Part shown: piece after piece, positions 9,768-17,771 of the stretch | How the letters are laid out: every line of letters starts with the position of its first letter | Position numbering within the stretch: position 1 is the stretch's first letter | Assembly (NCBI GenBank): GCA_964358205.1 | Contig: CAYHNZ010000004.1 | Coordinates: 1-46,517 of the forward strand | From: an uncultured Candidatus Saccharibacteria bacterium | Lineage (GTDB): Bacteria > Patescibacteriota > UBA1384 > 2-12-FULL-50-11 | Direction of reading: 5' to 3' | Length of the DNA: 46,517 nt | Program-made: the position numbers and the translations under genes | Notes under the pieces: generated by a model | What the model was told of the DNA's origin: nothing | Database searches by the model: none | What the model saw: only the letters and a program-made list of their open reading frames with translations

Positions 9768-10484
9768 TTAACTTACCTCGAAGTTGCTGTAGATGGCAGT
9801 CACATCGTCGAGTTCTTCCAATGTTTCCGCCAGTTTAATAATTTTCTCTGCTATCTTTTCGTCAGTAACCGGGACGGTGGCGAGGGGGTGATACTCAAAG
9901 CTAACATCGTGACTCTCAAATCCAGTTTCCGCCAATTGTCGGCGCACCTGTTCCAGCTCTTTCGGGTCGGTGTAAACAAAAACTTTTTTATCAGCGGTTG
10001 ATTCAAAATCTTGGGCCCCGGCGTCGATTGCCGCCAATTCCAACTCATCTGGTCGGTCGGTTTCAAAAACAATTTGGCCTCGTCGTTTAAATAGATAGCC
10101 GACCGAACCCGATTCGGCCAATTTACCACCGTTTTTATTTAAGACTGCCCGAATGTCGCCAGTCGATCGATTGTGATTATCGGTGGCAGCCTCAATCAAA
10201 AAACCGGTGCCGCCCGGGCCGTAGGCCTCAAAGATTATTTCCTCCAGCTTGGCGGCGTCACTGCCCTTGGCTTTGTCGATCGCCCGCTCGATATTGTCTT
10301 TAGGCATATTGGCCGTGTGGGCTTGGTCGATCGCCACCCGAAGTTGAAAATTCATTCCCGGATCGGTGCCGTGCCGAGCGGCAACCGTAATCGCCCGAGA
10401 CAATTTACTAAAAACCGCCCCGCGCTTGGCGTCCGCCGCCCCCTTTTGATGTCGTATACTTGACCATTTGCTATGCCCTGACAT
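9768..10484 (-). CDS. yebC: YebC/PmpR family protein
   Basis: MSGHSKWSSI..KG..DAKRG, NMPKDNIERAI, EAYGPGG, TDNHNR. Confidence 0.95.
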   Translation of the reverse strand: MSGHSKWSSIRHQKGAADAKRGAVFSKLSRAITVAARHGTDPGMNFQLRVAIDQAHTANMPKDNIERAIDKAKGSDAAKLEEIIFEAYGPGGTGFLIEAATDNHNRSTGDIRAVLNKNGGKLAESGSVGYLFKRRGQIVFETDRPDELELAAIDAGAQDFESTADKKVFVYTDPKELEQVRRQLAETGFESHDVSFEYHPLATVPVTDEKIAEKIIKLAETLEELDDVTAIYSNFEVS

Positions 10485-10555
10485 TTGTTTGAATCTTACC
10501 CCCTCAACTACTAATCGAACACCCCCAGAGCCGATCTCAAAACAACCGATGCTCC

Positions 10556-10591
10556 ATTGAGCCGTATGCGTTTAAACGCATACGGCTCAAT
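10556..10591. repeat. 36-bp perfect palindrome, core TATGCGTTTAAACGCATA (copy 1)
   Basis: ATTGAGCCGTATGCGTTT/AAACGCATACGGCTCAAT. Confidence 0.95.
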
Positions 10592-10593
10592 TC

Positions 10594-10965
10594 TCATTTT
10601 TGTTTTACTTTAAACTCTACTGACAAATCTAAAATAGAAAAAAGTCGATCGAGCAACTCAACTGTCGGGTTTGTTTTGCCACATTCAATTCTCGACATTT
10701 CGGCCTGACTCGTCCCGATCAGTATCGCCAAATTCAGCTGGGTCAGTTGCTTGCGATGCCGCGCCAAAATAATTTCATTGAGTAGAGTTTGAAACCATTC
10801 GGCCTTGATCGGCTCGAATTTGAAAAGCGTTAATTTATCGGCGAATACCTTCCGGATCCGGCGACGGTTGCGATACTTCATCGGCCCACCAGTGACGAGT
10901 GTCACATAATTCTTATCGTCCTCTTCCTCGTCGGACAGTATTCTTCTAGTCATTGTATAAAACAT
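10594..10965 (-). CDS. XRE/HTH_3 family DNA-binding protein
   Basis: C-terminal LTQLNLAILIGTSQAEMSRIECGKTNPTVELL helix-turn-helix. Confidence 0.8.
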   Translation of the reverse strand: MFYTMTRRILSDEEEDDKNYVTLVTGGPMKYRNRRRIRKVFADKLTLFKFEPIKAEWFQTLLNEIILARHRKQLTQLNLAILIGTSQAEMSRIECGKTNPTVELLDRLFSILDLSVEFKVKQK

Positions 10966-10967
10966 AC

Positions 10968-10993
10968 ACCGTATGCGTTTAAACGCATACGGT
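10968..10993. repeat. 26-bp perfect palindrome (copy 2), directly upstream of the HTH start
   Basis: ACCGTATGCGTTTAAACGCATACGGT. Confidence 0.95.
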
Positions 10994-11070
10994 TTGCTCC
11001 CCTATTTTTATTTTTTATTGTCTGAATCGTCTTATTTACTTCTTAAAAGTTAAATACTCAATAACCACAA

Positions 11071-11110
11071 TCTAATATTCATATGCGTTTAAACGCATAC
11101 GGGTATTAGA
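11071..11110. repeat. palindrome copy 3 with extended imperfect stem
   Basis: TCTAATATTCA-TATGCGTTTAAACGCATA-CGGGTATTAGA. Confidence 0.9.
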
Positions 11111-11166
11111 AGTCGAAATATAAAGTAGGGATCGGGGAGGGGGTGGTATCGGTTGGATTTATTTTT

Positions 11167-12066
11167 TTACAACCCGGTTTTGTATGAATAGCCCTCGGGG
11201 GTGATGTCGAAACGGATGGTGCCGGATTGGTCAGTGCGCAGGACAGGAATACCGAGCTGCTGTAAATGTTCCAAGGTTATTTGGTGAGGGTGGCCGTAGC
11301 GGTTGTTCTGGCCGGCCGAGATGACGGCAACTTTTGGGGTCACTGCCTGCAGAAACGGTACCGACGAGCTGGTATTACTGCCGTGATGGCCAGCTTTTAG
11401 AATATCGGCGTGCTTGACGATTCCTCGCGCTAGCATATTCGTTTCGTGTTCGCTTTCGGCATCACCGGTCATCATGGCGGTTGTCGCACCGTACTGCCAG
11501 AAGGTGACGACGCTGGCGTCGTGGGGATTTTCCAGTTGGCGAGAAGCAAAATTTTCTAGCGGATACAGGGCGATGCCGGTCAAGCCGCTAATGGTGAATG
11601 TTGTGCCGGCGGTGATAGCGACAGTTTTAATCTTTTTTTCGGCCACTAACGCCACGAATTTTTTGTAGGTGGCTGAATCGTAAGTCGCGCCGGAAATCCA
11701 TATTTCATCAACTTTGTAGCGCTCTAAGACGCTGTTTATTCCCGAGAGATGATCGGCGTGATTGTGGCTGATGATGATTAAATCGATCTCTTTGTCGGTC
11801 AACGGCATGGCTTTGGAGAGTTGCGACAAAACCGAAGTGTTCGGTCCGCCGTCGATCAAAACTTGGTGGCCGTCGTTGGTATCAAACAGAGCCGAATCGC
11901 CCTGGCCAACATCAAAAAACCATAGTCGCAAACTGCTATCGCGCTCGGCCGCTTGGAATTGGGAAGTGCCGAAAGTAATGAGGAGCAAGAAAGGAATAGC
12001 AATAATGAATTGCAGCGCTTTGTTTTTGCCTAGAATACGCAGAAAACTGTTATTGCTAGAGGGCAT
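11167..12066 (-). CDS. ComEC C-terminal metallo-beta-lactamase-fold nuclease (separate gene)
   Basis: FFDVGQGDS, LIDGG, SHNHADH, TGDAE, GHHGS, NRYGHPH; ATG at 12066 overlaps the upstream gene end. Confidence 0.9.
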   Translation of the reverse strand: MPSSNNSFLRILGKNKALQFIIAIPFLLLITFGTSQFQAAERDSSLRLWFFDVGQGDSALFDTNDGHQVLIDGGPNTSVLSQLSKAMPLTDKEIDLIIISHNHADHLSGINSVLERYKVDEIWISGATYDSATYKKFVALVAEKKIKTVAITAGTTFTISGLTGIALYPLENFASRQLENPHDASVVTFWQYGATTAMMTGDAESEHETNMLARGIVKHADILKAGHHGSNTSSSVPFLQAVTPKVAVISAGQNNRYGHPHQITLEHLQQLGIPVLRTDQSGTIRFDITPEGYSYKTGL

Positions 12067-13255
12067 CTTCTTCTTCGACGGCGAGTCGGTCAAACAAATC
12101 GTACTGCAGGGGTCGCTTGACATTAAGCCACTCCAACCCGCCGACAATAACAATCATCAATCCGGCAATGACCCAGGCCGGTAAGGTTAGATTGGTCGAG
12201 GCGAATTGCCACGAAGCCAACTTTTCACTCGAAAAAATCACCCAAGTTAGAAGCGGCCAGCTAGCCAGCATCAGGGTGTTGCCGATGATGGGAATAAACA
12301 TCAACATTGCGCCGATAATACCGATCGTCATCACCAGTGGCACGAGTGGCAAAACCAAAATATTAGACAGCGGGGAGATGACCGATAGTCGCTCAAAATG
12401 AGCGATAATCAGCGGTGCGGTCAGTAAAATTGCCGAGAAAGTTTCGGCCATAATCTGCCGAAGAATGACCGGTAATTTCGTTCGTATCAGCAGACGATTC
12501 AGATATGGCGAGAGGCGTACCAAGCCGTAAGTGGCGGCGACCGAAAGTTGGAAACCGACATCGAAAACTATTTTCGGCTCAAAAATCACCAAAACGGCGG
12601 CGGCGAAGATTAAGATGTTGACGGCGCGGCTCGGCCGGCCCAAGTATTTGGCTAGAATGACCGTCAGGGCCATCGCCGCCGCCCGCAAAATTGAGGCCGG
12701 GGCACCGGTGATAATGACAAAAAGCAGAATCAGCGCTGACGATACCCAAAGCGCTTTGCGGCCGATTAACGGCCAGAAGATACTGGTGGTGTTGGCGGTC
12801 AGAATTGTTAAGTTGTAACCAGAGACGGCGATAATATGGGTCAAGCCGACGGCGCGGAAGGTGTCGATCAGATCTTTATCGAGCTTGATCCGATTGCCCA
12901 GAAGGATGCCAGACATTAGCGAGCCGTGCGGCTCGGGTAAAGCCAGGGATATTTTGTCGACGATTAGATCCCGCAAATTACCAAGGACACCCGCCAGGTG
13001 GCCGATAACGGTTAGATTGAGCCAGACTTCGCCGGCGGTGACTTGCCATAAAAATGCCCCGAACGACAGACCGAAAAGAGTAAATGCGATGGTTTCGATC
13101 GGCTCGTCTTGGCCGCTCAATGCCACTATTAGCCAGATAGCCGCGACCCAGCCGATGATTAAGCGATCGATTTCAAAGTACGATCCGATCACCGCCCCAG
13201 CAATAATCGCCAAGCAAGTCAGGGCAAATTTTCGGGAAGGGGTCAGCCAGGCCAT
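12056..13255 (-). CDS. comEC: ComEC/Rec2 competence membrane channel domain
   Basis: GLTHIIAVSGYN, ASILRAAAM, DVGFQLSVAAT; multiple TM helices. Confidence 0.9.
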   Translation of the reverse strand: MAWLTPSRKFALTCLAIIAGAVIGSYFEIDRLIIGWVAAIWLIVALSGQDEPIETIAFTLFGLSFGAFLWQVTAGEVWLNLTVIGHLAGVLGNLRDLIVDKISLALPEPHGSLMSGILLGNRIKLDKDLIDTFRAVGLTHIIAVSGYNLTILTANTTSIFWPLIGRKALWVSSALILLFVIITGAPASILRAAAMALTVILAKYLGRPSRAVNILIFAAAVLVIFEPKIVFDVGFQLSVAATYGLVRLSPYLNRLLIRTKLPVILRQIMAETFSAILLTAPLIIAHFERLSVISPLSNILVLPLVPLVMTIGIIGAMLMFIPIIGNTLMLASWPLLTWVIFSSEKLASWQFASTNLTLPAWVIAGLMIVIVGGLEWLNVKRPLQYDLFDRLAVEEEDAL

Positions 13256-13318
13256 GGTCGAAACTTAACAGAATTTAACCTGGACGCAAATCTTGTTTGG
13301 CGGTAAACTGGTGTCAAT

Positions 13319-13828
13319 ATGATCAAGAAATCAACCAGCCCCAAACTTAGTCGTCTCGAAAAAGAACTCGCTGCCGAACACGAATCCAAATTGCGATTAG
13401 CAGCCGAATTCGCCAATTTCCAAAAACGAGTTGAGACTGAAAAGGATGCTTTGAGAAAGCATGCTAGTCGCGATCTGCTAGAAAAACTTTTCCCCATTTT
13501 TGATAATTTCTACCGAGCCAGCATGCACGCCCCAGAAGTCGGTTTGGAAGATCTACCAAATTTGACCGAAGGTGATTACCAGAAGATTTTTAACTATTTT
13601 TCCGGTCTGCGTTTAATCGAGAAACATCTTGAGCAAGTCTTGGGCGACGCCGGCTTGAAGCGGATTCCAACCGCCGGAGCGCTGTTCGATCACAATCTCC
13701 ACGAAGCCATCTCTCACGAACCCAGCGTCGAAGTCCCGGCTGATCACATCATCGCCGAAATCGAAGCTGGCTGGACAATCGACGACACGGTTATCAAGCC
13801 GGCCAAAGTCCGAGTTTCGAAGGGGTAA
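13319..13828 (+). CDS. grpE: nucleotide exchange factor GrpE
   Basis: RLAAEFANFQKR, FDHNLHEAI, VIKPAKVRVSK. Confidence 0.92.
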   Translation: MIKKSTSPKLSRLEKELAAEHESKLRLAAEFANFQKRVETEKDALRKHASRDLLEKLFPIFDNFYRASMHAPEVGLEDLPNLTEGDYQKIFNYFSGLRLIEKHLEQVLGDAGLKRIPTAGALFDHNLHEAISHEPSVEVPADHIIAEIEAGWTIDDTVIKPAKVRVSKG

Positions 13829-13834
13829 GTCAGA

Positions 13835-13855
13835 GGCTCGGCCGATGGCCGAGCC
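13835..13855. terminator. hairpin after grpE
   Basis: GGCTCGGCC-GAT-GGCCGAGCC between convergent ORFs. Confidence 0.55.
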
Positions 13856-13878
13856 CGGGGGATCGTGGGAAAGGGTCG

Positions 13879-14133
13879 TTAGTTCTGAACGGTGATTTTG
13901 GGTCGGCGTCTCCTGGAAAGCCTGACCAGTGTTTCTAGGCCAGAAGCGAATTCAGGGGTGCTGGTCGCCTCATGTAGTCGTCTTCGAAGCTCGATCGCAT
14001 CGTTGATTCCGTTGCTGAAGAGATCGAACTGGCCAGACCTAATTTGTTCTAGCTCTCGAGCATCTGCATCAATCGCTACACGGCTTGAACAGAATCCGAA
14101 TTGGAGAGGTGCATGTAAGGCTGTGGATACCAT
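13879..14133 (-). CDS. small hypothetical protein
   Basis: 84-aa ORF with AAGG upstream; no motif. Confidence 0.4.
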   Translation of the reverse strand: MVSTALHAPLQFGFCSSRVAIDADARELEQIRSGQFDLFSNGINDAIELRRRLHEATSTPEFASGLETLVRLSRRRRPKITVQN

Positions 14134-14234
14134 GGTCGTTTACCTTGTAAGTAAACTATCACATCTACTGAACTAATGACATATAAAAAAAGGCCGTCTG
14201 CTGTTGAGACGACCCATGGTGACAGGCGGATAGT

Positions 14235-14465
14235 TTACCAGCGACGGATAGTTGGACGATGGGTTCCTAGACCGATGCGGTTAAAAGTTATTCGTGGTTG
14301 GTAATATCTAATTTCTTCTGCCCGTGCGGTCAGCTCTTCGCCGAGACGTGTAGCCTCCGCAAAGGTCTGGCGCAAATTCTCGAGATTCTTTGGATCGGCC
14401 AACCAAGCCCCTACCCTGGCCACAACTTCTTCATTTGACGATTTCTTAATGCTCAATTCACTCAT
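14235..14465 (-). CDS. small hypothetical protein
   Basis: 76-aa helical-looking ORF, AAGGTG upstream, hairpin plus U-run downstream (14185-14216). Confidence 0.5.
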   Translation of the reverse strand: MSELSIKKSSNEEVVARVGAWLADPKNLENLRQTFAEATRLGEELTARAEEIRYYQPRITFNRIGLGTHRPTIRRW

Positions 14466-14505
14466 CTAAGGTTCACCTTTTTGTATTCTAGCTTGATGAG
14501 CGGTC

Positions 14506-14534
14506 TTGACAAAATGTAAAGGACGCTTTACATT
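14506..14534 (+). promoter_or_regulatory. sigma70-type dnaK promoter overlapped by a 9-4-9 inverted repeat
   Basis: TTGACA (14506-14511), 17 bp, TACATT (14529-14534); AATGTAAAG-GACG-CTTTACATT at 14513-14534. Confidence 0.7.
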
Positions 14535-14543
14535 GTTTATAGC

Positions 14544-14592
14544 ATTGATAATTGAAAATTTATTGAAAATTGGAAATTGAAAACTGGAAATT
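14544..14592. repeat. heptamer half array in the dnaK leader
   Basis: TTGATAA-TTGAAAA-..-TTGAAAA-TTGGAAA-TTGAAAA-CTGGAAA. Confidence 0.75.
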
Positions 14593-14612
14593 AACGACTA
14601 AAAGGAGTTTAT

Positions 14613-16571
14613 ATGAGCAAAATTATCGGCATTGATCTAGGTACGACTAACTCGGCTTCGGCTGTTATTGAAGGCGGCAAAGCCAAAATGATCCCGACTG
14701 CTGAAGGCGGCAATCTTGTGCCGTCGATTGTGGCGGTTAACAAAAAAGGCGAACGCCTCGTTGGCACTCTGGCCAAGCGCCAGTCTGTGACTAACCCAGA
14801 AAACACCGTTTACTCGATCAAGCGTCTGATGGGTCGCAAATTCGAGGACGAAGAGGTCCAGCGCGACATCAAGTTGATGCCGTACAAGATCGTCAACTCT
14901 AGCGGAGCCGTCAAAGTCAAAATTGGCGACCAAGACTACTCCCCCCAGGAAGTCTCGGCGATGATCCTCTCCAAAATCAAAGCTGATGCCGAGGCCTATC
15001 TCGGCGAAAAAGTCGACGGCGCCGTTATCACCGTCCCGGCTTACTTCAACGACTCCCAGCGCCAAGCCACCAAAGATGCTGGTACCATCGCCGGTCTAGA
15101 GGTCAAAAACATCATTAACGAACCAACTGCCGCCGCTCTGGCCTACGGCGTTGGCAAAGACGAAAAGAAAGATCAGAAAGTCGCCGTTTACGACTTTGGT
15201 GGCGGTACTTTTGATATCACCATCATTGAAATGGGTCACGCCGACGGCGAAGCCACCTTTGAAGTGCTCTCCACCGGCGGCGATACTCACCTTGGTGGTG
15301 ACGACATCGACCTGAAAATTATGGATTGGGTCGTCTCGGAATTCAAAAACAAAGAAGGCGTTGACCTAACTGGCGACGCCATGGCGATGCAGCGGGTTAA
15401 AGAAGCGGCCGAAAAAGCTAAAATCGAACTCTCCCAAACCCAAGAAGCCGAGATCAACCTGCCGTTTATCTCCGCTGACGCTGACGGTCCAAAAAACCTG
15501 CAGATGAATCTGTCGCGCGCCAAGTTGGAAAGTTTAGTCGGCGACTTAATTAAAAAGACCAACAACATCTGCGAGTCGGCCCTCAAAGACGCCAAACTCA
15601 CCAAAACCGCGATCGACGAGGTCATTCTCGTTGGTGGGATGACCCGAATGCCGCTAATCCAGCAGTTGGTCAAAGATGCCTTCGGCAAAGAACCGTCCAA
15701 AGGCGTTAACCCCGACGAAGCCGTGGCTTTAGGCGCGGCCATCAAAGGCGGCGTCTTATCCGGCGAAGTTAAAGACATTCTTTTGCTTGACGTCACCCCG
15801 CTGACACTGGGCTTGGAAACGTTGGGAGGAGTGGCGACGCCGCTGATTGAGCGCAACACTACTATCCCCGCTTCTAAAACCGAAACCTTCTCGACCGCTA
15901 GCGATAACCAGCCATCGGTTGAAATTCATGTTTTGCAAGGCGAACGACCGATGGCTAGCGACAACCGAACGCTGGGTAAATTCCATCTTGATGGTATTCC
16001 ACCGGCTCCGCGCGGCGTCCCGCAAGTCGAAGTGACATTTGACCTCGACGCCAACGGTATCCTCAATGTTAAAGCCAAGGACAAAGCCACTTCCAAAGAG
16101 CAGCACATCACCATTACGGCTTCGAGCGGCCTGTCTGACGAAGATATCGAGAAAATGAAAGCCGACGCCGAGAAGCACGCCGACGAAGATAAAAAGAAAA
16201 AAGAGTTGGTTGAAGAGCGCAACGGGGCGGAAAACCTCGTTCACCTGGCCGAAAAAACTCTTAAAGACGCGGGCGATAAGGTGAAGCCAGAAGACAAACG
16301 CGAAGTCGAAGACGCCGTCACCGCCGTCAAAGGTGTTATCCACAACGACGACAAAGACAAAATCAAAGAGGAAGCAGAAAAGTTGAGTGCCGCCCTCCAA
16401 AAAGTCGGTTCAGCAATGTACGAATCCGCTGGCGCGGATCAGCAGCCCTCCTCCGCTGAAGCTTCAGAGGACAAGTCAGCTCCCAGCGATCAGCCATCAG
16501 CCGAAGAACCAAAATCCGACGAAAAGCCGGAAGAGGCAAAGTCGGACGAACCGAAAGAAGAGACAAAGTAA
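14613..16571 (+). CDS. dnaK: chaperone DnaK (Hsp70)
   Basis: [56 protein letters not shown]; SD AAGGAG. Confidence 0.99.
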   Translation: MSKIIGIDLGTTNSASAVIEGGKAKMIPTAEGGNLVPSIVAVNKKGERLVGTLAKRQSVTNPENTVYSIKRLMGRKFEDEEVQRDIKLMPYKIVNSSGAVKVKIGDQDYSPQEVSAMILSKIKADAEAYLGEKVDGAVITVPAYFNDSQRQATKDAGTIAGLEVKNIINEPTAAALAYGVGKDEKKDQKVAVYDFGGGTFDITIIEMGHADGEATFEVLSTGGDTHLGGDDIDLKIMDWVVSEFKNKEGVDLTGDAMAMQRVKEAAEKAKIELSQTQEAEINLPFISADADGPKNLQMNLSRAKLESLVGDLIKKTNNICESALKDAKLTKTAIDEVILVGGMTRMPLIQQLVKDAFGKEPSKGVNPDEAVALGAAIKGGVLSGEVKDILLLDVTPLTLGLETLGGVATPLIERNTTIPASKTETFSTASDNQPSVEIHVLQGERPMASDNRTLGKFHLDGIPPAPRGVPQVEVTFDLDANGILNVKAKDKATSKEQHITITASSGLSDEDIEKMKADAEKHADEDKKKKELVEERNGAENLVHLAEKTLKDAGDKVKPEDKREVEDAVTAVKGVIHNDDKDKIKEEAEKLSAALQKVGSAMYESAGADQQPSSAEASEDKSAPSDQPSAEEPKSDEKPEEAKSDEPKEETK

Positions 16572-16591
16572 ATCGCAAAAGTTAGCGAGGG

Positions 16592-16620
16592 AAGCGGCGG
16601 GCTGAATAGCCCGCCACTTT
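16592..16620 (+). terminator. rho-independent terminator of dnaK
   Basis: GGCGGGCT-GAAT-AGCCCGCC followed by T-rich tail. Confidence 0.65.
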
Positions 16621-16663
16621 AGTACGTCTTGTATATTGATCAAAATAATACGATAAAGATGGT

Positions 16664-17050
16664 ATGGAACACGAACCAACAGATCTTGGAGGCATCGAAG
16701 ATAGTGCTTGGGAAGACGAAGAAGATCTTCGAAGTATCAAACCGGTTCCGATTTCTGTTGAGGAGTTGAGGGGGGAACTACATGGAGAGGAGTTTAGATT
16801 CACCCTTCAGCGGCTAAGTGCTATCGTCCGAGAACTTCACCAGGAATCAGAAAACCTCCCAGGCTTTATCGAGGGAGTGAGTAGACTGGAAGCCGCTGGA
16901 AAGAGCACCGATCTCTATTACGAAGGTTTGAAAGCGAGATTAGATGGAATGCGTGAAAACATAACCACGCTAAACCATATCCTAAGGGTAGAGTCGCCAG
17001 CTGGTGGAGACGACAGCCCGGACACCAACCAGCTGGAAGACGTGAAATAA
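16664..17050 (+). CDS. acidic helical hypothetical protein
   Basis: 128-aa ORF ending just before a strong hairpin. Confidence 0.55.
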   Translation: MEHEPTDLGGIEDSAWEDEEDLRSIKPVPISVEELRGELHGEEFRFTLQRLSAIVRELHQESENLPGFIEGVSRLEAAGKSTDLYYEGLKARLDGMRENITTLNHILRVESPAGGDDSPDTNQLEDVK

Positions 17051-17066
17051 CAGGAAGGTGTAAAGA

Positions 17067-17099
17067 AAGAGGGTCTGCCGTGAAACGGCAGACCCTCTT
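17067..17099. terminator. 15-bp-stem hairpin between convergent genes
   Basis: AAGAGGGTCTGCCGT-GAA-ACGGCAGACCCTCTT. Confidence 0.7.
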
Positions 17100-17125
17100 G
17101 GGAGTGGCGAGAAGCTCGGTTCGGC

Positions 17126-17633
17126 TTAGGATCCGAGGTTCTTGAGCCACTTCTCGAGTTTGTCGAGGCTCTCTTCGAGCTCTTCCAGGTGCATTTCCAG
17201 CGCCGTTTCACGCATCGCGTCACGACGCAGGTCGAAGACGAGTGGCAACACTAATGCCAGATCGGTACTAGTGTGATTCTTTCTGGCCTCCTCAATAGCC
17301 GATCTGATCGATCGTCTCGTCCGGAACTTCTGGGTCGTCGAGTTGCCGGAGTAAAAGGGCGATAGTGCTATCCCTGCTTGCCGCCAATCGCCTACGAACG
17401 ATGTCCGCGTAGAGCGCCGGCTTCTTGTCGGAGAAAGCTACCATCGCTGACATTACCAACCCGACTTGACGATTACCAACCTGCTGGAGCAGGAGCTCGA
17501 ACAGATCCGTAACATCTTGGTCGTTGAGCGCTGGGCTCTTCAACGATGACATAAGCATGTCAATGTGCTGTTTCAAGTTTTCGTTCAATACTTCCTTCCA
17601 AAGCGTCTTGGGATTGTACCGTAAAATTAGCAA
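17126..17633 (-). pseudogene. frameshifted helical hypothetical gene
   Basis: ORF stops at 17292, but a shifted frame continues AIEEARKN...LEELEESLDKLEKWLKNLGS to TAA at 17126; removing 4 nt in GATCGATCAGATCG joins the two. Confidence 0.5.
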
Positions 17634-17664
17634 TAATCAACCTATTTGCCATAAATCCAACCTG

Positions 17665-17746
17665 CCTGCCCCGCACTTTCACTTGATAGTGCGGTGGCCT
17701 GCCCCGCACAAAACTTTTCTCTGTTTACCTCTGTTTCTGTGCGGGG
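17665..17746. repeat. two tandem hairpins CCTGCCCCGCAC...GTGCGG at the left edge of the R-M block
   Basis: CCTGCCCCGCAC occurs twice, each closed by GTGCGG. Confidence 0.6.
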
Positions 17747-17771
17747 TTTAGCAGTACAATTTGGGCAAGTC

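Noticed and set aside
11167-13255. Split comEC as a pseudogene
   Set aside because: Both parts keep their motifs, and the second has its own start and hydrophobic N-terminus, so two functional genes is more likely
14637-16400. Long antisense ORFs over dnaK (likewise 2191-3081 over GH94 and 8831-9361 over ruvC)
   Set aside because: Shadow frames of well-supported genes with no motifs
17694-17771. N-terminal extensions in the ORF track (also 29262-29396 and 37539-37673)
   Set aside because: They run through hairpins, promoters or other genes; family homology begins at the downstream ATG
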